DNA of 64,000 bases from NCBI RefSeq assembly GCF_000143415.4, contig NW_003314363.1:496001-560000 (forward strand), read 5' to 3'. The position numbers and the translations under genes are program-made. The stretch comes from Selaginella moellendorffii (Eukaryota > Plantae > Lycopodiophyta). Numbering within the stretch: position 1 is the stretch's first letter; each line of letters opens with the position of its first letter. Positions 1-9,251 of this stretch are shown piece after piece. The notes beneath the pieces are model-generated. The model ran no database searches and had not been told where the DNA came from. It worked only from the letters and a program-made list of their open reading frames with translations.

Positions 1-1012
1 TCTCGCGGACAAGTATGGTGCTATTCTTATGTGTGACATGGCGCATGTCAGTGGCCTTGTTGCTACTCAGGTACACTACTTCTCTTTCTCTCGCTCACTT
101 TTATATCTTTTCTTTCTCGCTTGTGTCTTACGATAGCTGCTTTTTTGCAGGAGTGTGTAAGTCCCTTTGAGTACTGCGATATAGTGACTTCCACAACACA
201 CAAGATTCTGAGAGGCCCGCGAGGAGGAATGGTGTTTTTCAGGAAAGGAGGGAGGCCTCGCAAGAATGGCAGCACTGCCGAGGAGAGCTCGTATGACTAC
301 GAGGAAAAGATCAACTTTACGATTTTTCGGTCCCTGCAAGGGGGACCTCACAACAACCATATCGCTGGCCTGGCTGTCGCGTTGAAGCAGGTTGCTAGCA
401 AAGAGTACAAGGACTACATACGACAAGTGCTCCAGAATACCAAGGCTTTAGCTGATGCTATGGTCAGGCGTAATTTCAAGCTTGTTACTGGCGGGACGGA
501 TAATCATTTGTTGATTTGGGATTTACGGCCTCTCGGCATCACGGGTAAGTAGTCAGTTACAAGAACTGCTCTGAACGTCGTTCTCCCGTTTTCTTCGCTT
601 CTTTTCCAGGCGCATGGTTTGAGAAAGTCACGGAGTTATGTCACATTACCGTGAACAAGTGTACTGTTTATGGCGACAGCTCCGTAAGAGGTCCTGGAGG
701 AATTCGCATTGGTATGAGTTGTATGGCTCTCGAGCATAACGTAATGTATCTTTTTTCCCAGGTTCCCCAGCCATGACCTCGAGAGGATGCGTTGAAAAAG
801 ACTTTGAGACCATCGCCGAGCTTCTCAGCAACGCTGTGACTATTGCGCAGAGTTTGCAGAGAGACTGCAAGTCGCAGAAGGATCCCAAGCTGGCGAGCAG
901 CAGCGTAGTTCAAAGCAACAAAGATGTGGTGGAGCTCAAGCGAAAGGTGGAACAGTTTTCGTCCGCGTTTGAGATGCCTGGCTTCGACACGGGAAGCATG
1001 AAATACAGGTGA
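1..1012 (+). CDS. SHMT: Serine hydroxymethyltransferase, 3' part (SHM6/7-like clade), spliced, 5' end outside the window
   Basis: Exons ~1-70, 151-544, 610-711 and 762-1012 with GT-AG introns. Motifs [25 protein letters not shown] (PLP lysine), [26 protein letters not shown] and GSPAMTSRG. Confidence 0.93.
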
Positions 1013-1202
1013 ATCAAAGGGGACGCTGTAGATACAGGGAGGAAACCTCATCACAATGATCACATTTCGACACACCGTTATTCAATCTCTCGTTTTTTGT
1101 AGACGCTTCTTCAGTGACACATCACAAAACGAATCAGTTAAGTTGGTTGTATGGTTTTGCTTTCTTGTTTTCTCCTACCAGAGCAAAGCAATCTAGCGCA
1201 GG

Positions 1203-2462
1203 ATGCTGGAAGATGGAAAGTTTTACAGGCCAGCACGGAGGAGGCTCCAGCCCGACTTGGTGCACAGGAACATCACCCAGCGAGAGCCTTTCATGTACGG
1301 GACGCTCCTCTCCGACTTCCTGCCTCGCAAGAGGCCCACAGTCCTCAGGGAGAGGCCCCTCCAGGAATCCCTCGTCTCGACTCTGGTGCACAGGAAGAGG
1401 CCACCGCTGCCGCGGGAGAGGCCGATCTCCAGGTCCATGGTAGCCGACTTCCTCCACAAGCGACGAGAGCGCGAGAGACGGCCGGAAGAAGTCCACCACC
1501 ACCCGGAGAAGGTGTTTGGATCCAAAGGCTCGAGCTTGAGCAGGCGGTGCAAGTCGGCTCCTGGCCACAGCCGGAGGGAGCAAGCTCTGCTCGCCAGGCC
1601 GTCGGTCTCCGCCAGTGGAAGCCGAGAGGAGTTCTCGATGATCCGAGCTCTTATCGACGAGGTGCTGCCCAAGGAGAGAGACAAGCCGACGAAGACGAGC
1701 ACCACCACGGCGACGACGACTCCATCGCCCAAGCAGCAAAGGTGGCGGAACTACTCCGCGGTGGCCAAGCTCATGAAGAGCAAGCTGGACGTTAAGGCAG
1801 TGAAAGCAGCAGCCAGGGACGAGAAAGGTGGTGAGGTGGTGGCGTCACCTCCGCGGCCATGGCCCGTCCGACCGGCCAGCGCTCCCTTCAAGCTGTCCCC
1901 GCAGAACATGAGCCCGGACGTCCTCGCGGAGACGCTGGCGACGAAGAAGAAGAACTTCCTGCGCAAGAGACCCGCCACCGCGCCGCCGCCCCGGCCGATG
2001 TTCCACTTGCCACTGTCGAGGATCCACCACCATAACCCGCCGAAGGCTCCTCCGGCCAAGCCAGCCGAGTGTGCCGCCAGCCGGAAGCCCGACGCTGCCA
2101 AGGACGTGCCGCGCTCCTGGTCCGCGAGCTCGTCGTCCGAGTCGCACGTAGCCGCGGCCACCACCACCGCCACCACGTCGCAGAGCTCCGCGGAGAATGA
2201 GAAGAGTGGACGTAGAGTCCGGTTGCGGTCCCCCCGGCATTTCAGGAACAAGGCCTTCGAGAGCGGTGAGGATGATTCTTCGTCGGCTTCTCCTTCGAGT
2301 TCTTCGAGCTCTTCCTCTTCGACGACGTCGTCTTCGTCGCTCTCTTCCGAGAGTGGTTCCGAGAGCTCCGAGGAGTCGTCGCTGTCGTCCTTCATTGAGC
2401 TGCCGACGCCGTCGACGCTGGATCCCGACTCCATCGACGAGTGGCTGAGGAAAAGGTCATAG
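1203..2462 (+). CDS. Uncharacterised basic, Pro/Ser-rich, probably disordered protein (419 aa ORF; extra short exons possible)
   Basis: Long GC-rich ORF with 22-aa internal repeats (RKRPTVLRERPLQESLVSTLVH / RKRPPLPRERPISRSMVADFLH), RPASAP and RPATAP motifs and a poly-Ser/acidic tail. Confidence 0.6.
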   Translation: MLEDGKFYRPARRRLQPDLVHRNITQREPFMYGTLLSDFLPRKRPTVLRERPLQESLVSTLVHRKRPPLPRERPISRSMVADFLHKRRERERRPEEVHHHPEKVFGSKGSSLSRRCKSAPGHSRREQALLARPSVSASGSREEFSMIRALIDEVLPKERDKPTKTSTTTATTTPSPKQQRWRNYSAVAKLMKSKLDVKAVKAAARDEKGGEVVASPPRPWPVRPASAPFKLSPQNMSPDVLAETLATKKKNFLRKRPATAPPPRPMFHLPLSRIHHHNPPKAPPAKPAECAASRKPDAAKDVPRSWSASSSSESHVAAATTTATTSQSSAENEKSGRRVRLRSPRHFRNKAFESGEDDSSSASPSSSSSSSSSTTSSSSLSSESGSESSEESSLSSFIELPTPSTLDPDSIDEWLRKRS

Positions 2463-2956
2463 GAGTACGAGAAAACTTCCAGAAAAGTTGGCTCCGAAAG
2501 TGAGAACCCGGCTAGCAAATAACAAAGTAATTCTGACGCTCATGTTGTCATTGATGGCTATGGAGTTTTCAGTTTGTTTTGCTTGACACAACCAGCGAAA
2601 CCACAAACGAGTTTATCTTTTGTGTCTTACAGATGGAGAGTTTCCATGGGAAACAAAGAAGAGTAGAGCAGCCATAAAAGCAAACGACCAAAAGCTTTGA
2701 TCTTCATGAAATGCAAGGAGTTATTATTTTACAGTGGTGGAACTTCTCTCTCTTTTCTCTTGTTCCTCTCTTCCAATTTCTCAAAATGCAGGCAGCGATC
2801 GATCGAGGAGACCCAAAACGCATCGAGGAGACCCAAAACGCGACGAGGGCCGAGAAAACAAAAAAGAAAACCTTCTCTCCTTTCCCATCTCCATAGAAGA
2901 TGTTGCTGAGCAAGAAATCTCCCTTGTCCCGCATCGCCCGTCCACCTCTAGAACCT

Positions 2957-3304
2957 CTACACGAAATCTACACCGCCCTCGACGAGCTTGCTCGAAAAGG
3001 CCCTGAGCATCCGCTGCTTGTTAGCCTCCTCCACCTTTCTCATCTCCTCCTCCATCTGGAAAACCACCTCTTTCACCTCCTTGAGCTTGAGCCTGGACGC
3101 TAGAAGCTCGCCCACCCTGGCGGCCCGGGCCACGGACTCGAGCTGGGCCATCTCTTCCCGCAGCTGGGCCTCTCTCGAGTCGCACATTGCCACCGTGCGC
3201 GTGGTGATGCGGTGGATCACATGAGCGGTCATGTGCCGGCTGAAGAGCTGCACCTTGAGCACATACGGCTTGAGGAACTTTGCCAGATTCGGGGGCGATG
3301 TCAT
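2957..3304 (-). CDS. Ribosomal protein L18p/L5e-family (uL18-like) organellar protein
   Basis: KFLKPYVLKVQLFSRHMTAHVIH...TVAMCDSRE...AARVGELLASRLK...GVDFV matches the plant uL18-like pattern (LKPYVLKMHFTNKFVSAQVIH...AAKIGKILGERL). Intronless. Confidence 0.8.
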   Translation of the reverse strand: MTSPPNLAKFLKPYVLKVQLFSRHMTAHVIHRITTRTVAMCDSREAQLREEMAQLESVARAARVGELLASRLKLKEVKEVVFQMEEEMRKVEEANKQRMLRAFSSKLVEGGVDFV

Positions 3305-3459
3305 GCCTCCAAGAACCCTATAGAGAAAACTTCCCCCACCCCCCAGGGTTTATCAACCAAAGGCCCCTTCTTCGCCTTCGTCTCAAGAGGTCCTGTGTTT
3401 CGTTGTAAAGAAGAGACATACCTCTCGGTTCCAGCCGTAGATGTTTTAACTGCGAAGTT

Positions 3460-3940
3460 CTCTGCATTTCAAGAGAAGGCTGTCAAAGTTGTAACAAAGC
3501 AAACGCTACTTTACCTCGAAAGGATTCATTCACGTTGTTAGACCAGTGTTCCTCCACACGCACCCTTTTTTACGTGGAGCAACAACATAGAACACAACCG
3601 TCTGCGCAATCCAAGGTATGTATGAGAGACAAAACTAGATAGCCAGCTATACTTACCGGAAGCCAGGTCTGGTACAAGAGAACTCCCCATCCTCTGCGTT
3701 CCAAGAGAACATTGTCAAAGCTGTAGCGTGCTCTTTAATGAAAGCAAACGCTACATTACCTCGAAATAGTGATCAGTGTTCCTGCATGGGCTAGAAATGC
3801 TTGGACGAACTTCCTTTTTACGTGGAGCAGCAGTCTGCGCACTGCAAGGTATGTATGAGAGACGCAAAAGAAAAAGCTAGTTAACCAGCTAGACTTACCG
3901 GAAGCCAAGTCTAGTGGTACACGCAAACTCCCGATGCTTC
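3460..3940. repeat. Imperfect ~240-bp tandem duplication (2 copies)
   Basis: Blocks AAAGCAAACGCTAC-TTACCTCGAAA, TTTTTACGTGGAGCA, CAAGGTATGTATGAGAGAC and ACTTACCGGAAGCCA occur in both ~3460-3690 and ~3692-3940. Confidence 0.8.
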
Positions 3941-3949
3941 AAGGGAGCT

Positions 3950-5299
3950 CTATTTCGGCTGATCCCTGAAGAAGCTATCGTCTTTCTTCCCGTTTATAGC
4001 CCGAGACAAGTAGGCCTGGAGCTGGAGCCTCTCCCTTTCGGACACCTCCAGGCGCTGCCTCAAAGCTGCCTGCTGAGCGACCAGAGCTTGCACTTGGTCC
4101 TGCAACACAATCTTTTCCTGCTGGACGAGATTAAGCTGCACCTCCCATTGCACCTGTTGCTGGTGCTCGGCTTCGCAGCGACGCTTGATCTCATCTAGCT
4201 CTGATTCCAGCTGAGTAACTCTCTTCTCAGCCTGCTGCTCAATCCCACGGTTTTGTTGCTCGGAGCCATTACTTCTAATCCAGTCAGTCACTTTCTCTAG
4301 CAGGTTTAGAGCATACTCGGGCCCTTCACGAGCATTACTCTTTTGCTTCTTCGCGGCACCTTTTGCTTCGTGCTGTTTCCTCGGCCGTTTCTCTCCACCA
4401 TTTACTCCAGAGTGCTGCTGCTGGACGGTGCTTCCATCACCGTCACGACCAGAGCTAGCTAGTTCCAATCCCATCGCTTGATCCTTTGGGCGTTGGACTT
4501 TCAGAGCATGGACGACGGGAGGCGACTCCATTCCCAATCCGGTATCTACGAGCAACTCGTCGTCCCTCGCCATTCCCAGCTGATAGTGTATGATCTGAGT
4601 GAGATACTGTGTGTACTCGAACGCGCTCTGGGACGTTCCCCGGACTTTCTCACACTGAGCTTGGATCCTGTGACTCATATATCCGGCCCAGTCTAGCACG
4701 GCCTTGGTCTCCCAGACATACTTGGCCGCGTACAAAATCTCCGCACTCACGTACGTGCAGTTCACCTTGCAGCTCATCCGGTCCACCATGAAACTCACAA
4801 ACTCCTTGAAGTGGGGATCGGACAGCGCCTTGACGCTAAAGCCGTTGTGCTTCACCTTGACGGTTGGCCCGTTGTACATGCTGTAGAGCTCTTCAGAGGT
4901 GAGCTTGGGAACTTCCTTCACTGCCTTCCCGCCATGAGGGAGCTTGAGAACCACCTGGACGATCTTCGGGCCCGTCTGGACAACTTCCTGCCTCACATAC
5001 CCTGATCCATGCTTCTTGTAGCTGCATAGAAACTCTCGGCACAGCGCCTCGTCCCCCCGGACAAACTTGGACTGGAAGAAGCAGGAAAGACCCATCTGCG
5101 AGAGGTCGGAGAGGAACGGTTCCTGCGTCAGTGACTTCCACAGCAGTGGCTTTAGCGTCTTGAACTGAACCTTCTCTAGGCGCTGCGACAAGGCATTTCC
5201 ATAGCCTTCTTCCGACTCCCCTGGTTCCCCTTGAATCAACTTCACCATTTTTTCTCTTCTTTTTTTCCTTTGTTTTTTCCCTTTTCTATGGCTGCTCAA
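3950..5299 (-). CDS. Intronless 449-aa protein: basic NLS-like N-terminus, domain resembling plant transposon-associated (Athila-like/putative plant transposon) proteins, C-terminal coiled coil
   Basis: Long ORF. MGLSCFF...DEALCREFLCSY...YVR...VLKLPHGG and DWAGYM resemble transposon-associated plant domains (by-eye inference). Gln/Glu/Leu heptads at the C-terminus. Confidence 0.6.
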   Translation of the reverse strand: MSSHRKGKKQRKKRREKMVKLIQGEPGESEEGYGNALSQRLEKVQFKTLKPLLWKSLTQEPFLSDLSQMGLSCFFQSKFVRGDEALCREFLCSYKKHGSGYVRQEVVQTGPKIVQVVLKLPHGGKAVKEVPKLTSEELYSMYNGPTVKVKHNGFSVKALSDPHFKEFVSFMVDRMSCKVNCTYVSAEILYAAKYVWETKAVLDWAGYMSHRIQAQCEKVRGTSQSAFEYTQYLTQIIHYQLGMARDDELLVDTGLGMESPPVVHALKVQRPKDQAMGLELASSGRDGDGSTVQQQHSGVNGGEKRPRKQHEAKGAAKKQKSNAREGPEYALNLLEKVTDWIRSNGSEQQNRGIEQQAEKRVTQLESELDEIKRRCEAEHQQQVQWEVQLNLVQQEKIVLQDQVQALVAQQAALRQRLEVSERERLQLQAYLSRAINGKKDDSFFRDQPK

Positions 5300-5690
5300 T
5301 GTGGGTGCCTAAAAGTAGAACTTCCTTGCCGATCGGACACGGCCATACCCAGATTCCAGAGCACCCTACCAAACCCCAAACTCACCGAGTAGAAAAAAAT
5401 ACCTGTTTTTCGATGCCGCCGGCTGACTTTCTTGCTCTTTGTGCCACAGACCCCAAGCATAAACACTGACAAATATGATCCGTGCTCCACCAGTACGTAG
5501 CAAAATTATGCATGCTCCCACTCGAGGGCTTCTATAGCAGTCCTATAGTACAGATGTTGATCTTTCGTAGCCTGGAAGCACCAAAGACGTTAAAACCAAG
5601 CAAGCTACAGCATCAATATTTTAAGCAAGAGCGGAACTTTCAACTCACACTGTCACCTATGTCTGTTCAGCTTTGCGTTAGCTAACACAA

Positions 5691-7837
5691 TCACCATGTC
5701 GGAACGGTCTGCTCAAAAATGTGTCCTACCCGCAGCAACTCCTCCTACAGATATGTTTATGTGACATGCATATGTAAGATCATTGTCATGTAGCACTGAC
5801 CTCCTCGAACGCGTTGCCAATCAGTTGCAATCCCACTGGAAGCTTAGAGCCCTCGTCCTCGATCAGACCGCAGGGCAACGACAATGCAGGTAGGCCAGCC
5901 ATGTTCACATTCACCTGTGCACAGAAAGAATTTAAAACTCAAAAGTCATGGAACTGCAGGACGTAGCATCACCGTCATAAGATCTCCCAGATACATCGAC
6001 AAGGGGTCCAGTACTTTCTCTCCTGCCATGCCAAGGCAATGAGATGACAAAAGACCAACACCAAAACTCCAGCAAGTGTCTAACCGATTTTGAAAGCTGG
6101 GCTAGGAGCCACGGGTGATACAAGTATGTGACCATCCTCCAAAGCTTTCTTGAAGTCTTGTTGAATCAAAGTTCGCACCTGGCATAACAATTGACAATGA
6201 ATAAAAAAGGGCAGGATCTACGATACTTACCTGTTGTGCGCGTTTATAAAATGCATCATAATAGCCAGCTGACAACGCATAGGTTCCCATCAAAATGCGT
6301 CTTTTCACCTGATGAAATCCGGAAAACAGTCAGGAAAAAGATTTCATAGTAACAAGTCTAACTTGCCTCTGCCCCAAATCCTTGTCCACGAGAAGCACCA
6401 TACATTGCATTAAGCTCGTCTGCAACAACTCGAGGGCCATATCTACAAGACAAATATCGTTAACCAAGAGATTAAATAACTTGTAAATTTGGTACCTTAT
6501 ACCGTCATAACGTGATAGATTGGATGATGCTTCTGAAGCTGCCAGTACGTAATATGCAGGTAAACCAAGGGAGAAGGTAGGCAAAGAAACCTGGCAGTAA
6601 TACACAGAGATTAGCAGCAGGACACATAGCTCGTTACCTCTTGAACCACAGCACCAAGCTTCTCAAGATGAACAACAGCGTTTTTCACCACTTGAGCTAC
6701 CGCAGGCTCGACGCCTTCACCTATTGTCTCTTTTATGATCCCAAACTTCATCCCCGCCAAAGGGTTTCCCGGAAGTTCTTTGGCTGGCACTAATGCTTTC
6801 AAGTAGTTCGGAACTACCTGCACAACTGTAAACCCGTTAGTTCCAACAGGAATCACAGCATAAGACTCACCTTGGAGCTGGAAGTAGCATCAGCCGGATC
6901 GTGACCTGCTATAGCAGTCAGAAGTAACGAAACATCGTCAACTGAGGTGCCAAGGCATCCAACCACGTCGAGCGAGGAAGCATAGGCCATCAAACCGAAG
7001 CGAGAAACCCGACCATAAGTTGGTTTTAATCCAACAACCCCGCAAAAAGAAGCTGGCTGCCTTATGCTACCTCCAGTATCACTTCCCAGAGCGCAAGCAC
7101 ACTGTCCCGCCGCCACCGCGGCTGCTGATCCTCCTGACGATCCTCCAGGAACGCGAGACAAGTCCCAAGGATTGGAAGTTACCTGTGAATGAGAACATAA
7201 GAAAACTTGTTGAAAACTATGACGAACAACTTACTTGGTAAGCCGAGCTTTCGGTGGAGCTCCCCATGCCAAACTCGTCGAGGTTCGTCTTTCCTATGAG
7301 CACTGCCCCGGATTCTTTGAGCCTTTTCACTGCCGTGGCATCGTATGGAGGCCTGTATCCATCCAAAATCCGGGAGCCTCCAGTAGAAGGCATGCCTCGC
7401 GTGCACAGATTATCCTTGATTGCGATGGGAATACCTGCGAGAGGCCCAGGATCATCGCCTCTGGCAAGCCTGCCGTCAATCTCCGCCGCCTCATCCAATG
7501 CGCTGCTGGAAATATGGAGGAAGCTCTTCACGTCCGGCTCCTTCTCCCGCAATCGATCCAGATACTCCGTGACGATCTCCAAGGCGCTAATCTCCTTCTT
7601 TCGCAGCTGCGTTTGGAGCCTAGAGATTTGCGACGATGCCGGCTTGGATCTTGGAATGGCCGGCGATGCCAATATCGACGCGCTTGCCGTGGCCATGGCT
7701 GCTCTAAATCGGCAAGAGGATGGAGACAAATCACCTGCATTCCTGAAGAATCTGGCGCTGCGGGCATCGCCATAGCCGTGAGCTTGCGCCTGGCCATAGC
7801 CGTGGGCATGCGCTTGGGCGCCCAACGAAGACGCCAT
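5691..7837 (-). CDS. GatA: Glutamyl-tRNA(Gln) amidotransferase subunit A, organellar, multi-exon
   Basis: Amidase signature [104 protein letters not shown] at 7837 with transit-like N-terminus; TGA at 5691. Confidence 0.95.
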
Positions 7838-7954
7838 TGTGATATGCCCCCCGCGGGCATTAGCTAGGGTTTTTATTTTGCTAGGCCACATTTTTGTTTG
7901 ATCCAGCTGCCGCTGGAATTTCCAAGAGGCGAGGCGGCAATCGATCCATCGGCG

Positions 7955-9044
7955 ATGGAGGCCAGCGCTCTTTCGCCAGCAATCTTGCCGCTTCCGATCG
8001 TCAAGGCGAGGTAAGGATCAAGCCTTGATTATCACACAAGATTACCTCTCTTTCTTGCAGCAACAGTGTTAGCTATGCCTCGATCAAAACCAAGCCTGGA
8101 GTTCTTGCGCAATCCGCGGAAGAACGTTCACCGCTTATGAAGGAACGCCGGAGGTGAAGTGATTTTCTTTGAAGAGAAGCTCTTGTGTGAAATTCCTTTC
8201 ATTTTAGGTGCCAGTGCTATGATCTTTATGACCAGCTCGTCCCTTACACAGATGCTTGGAGGTGGCAGAAAAGCATCGTGGCCGATTATGCGAAAGCTCT
8301 CAGCCAAGATCAAGGCAGCCCAGACCTCGACACCGTGCTCTTGCTCCAACACACTCCCGTCTACACAATGGGGACTGGGAGCTCTTCCAAGTTCCTCAAC
8401 TTTGCCACGGACGATCCTCCTCACGAGCTTCACGTCACTGAGAGAGGTGGAGAGGTAACTTACCATGGACCAGGCCAGGTACGAGCGATCGTCCTTCGAA
8501 AAGAGCTCGTCGAAGATAAACTCTCTTCTTTCTCCTTTGCAGCTTGTCATGTACCCCATTCTAAACTTGAGGAACTACAAGCTCGATCTCCACTGGTACC
8601 TCCGAGCTCTTGAAGAAGTGGTCATACGGGCGCTCTGGTCGGCGTACTCCCTCAGAGCTTCTCGTGTCGATGGCTTCACAGGCGTCTGGATTGGTATAAC
8701 GCAACCTTTCTCCAAGTTTTCATTCTTTTCCTTTACGTCTTCCACCAGGAGAGGAGAAACTCGCGGCGATCGGAGTCCGTGTCTCAAAGTGGATCACCTT
8801 CCACGGCCTGGCGCTCAACGTCACCACCGACCTCTCCCCCTTCAGCAAGATCGTTCCTTGCGGCATTCGCGACAAAGCCGTGGGGAGCGTCGCCAAGCTC
8901 GTCGATCCAGCGTCGTCCAACACAGCGATGCTCAACCACGTCCACAAGCATTTGCTCCAGGCATTCTCCGACGTCTTCAACACAGAGCTGGTCCACCCAA
9001 GACAACAGCAATTACTATACAAACACGATTATCATTCACTATAA
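7955..9044 (+). CDS. LIP2p: Octanoyltransferase LipB/LIP2, plastid type, multi-exon
   Basis: [60 protein letters not shown] and IVPCGI. ATG at 7955, TAA at 9042-9044. Confidence 0.93.
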
Positions 9045-9103
9045 TTAATCACACCATTGTCACAAGCTATACATTATTGTCAAGTTCTCGGGATCGAGCT
9101 AGC

Positions 9104-9215
9104 TTAGTTCCATGGCTCCTGGTTGTAGCAATCCACATTTGGTCCAGTGTCAACCCCCAGGAGAAGTCCGAGACGCTTGTAAAACCCAACTCGAACTTTG
9201 CCATGGGCATTAGGA
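9104..9215 (-). pseudogene. Orphan 3' end of a GH19 chitinase gene
   Basis: Encodes [36 protein letters not shown], nearly identical to the end of 14468-15475; similarity stops abruptly at ~9216. Confidence 0.85.
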
Positions 9216-9251
9216 TCCAACTTAGGTGCGTCTGGTCCATGAGCAATCCAG

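Noticed and set aside
1134-2518. Long antisense and alternative-frame ORFs (201, 214 and 255 aa)
   Set aside because: Shadows of a GC-rich, low-complexity coding region with no independent motifs. The same applies to shadows over GatA, OST3/6, Fic, PUB and the PPR genes.
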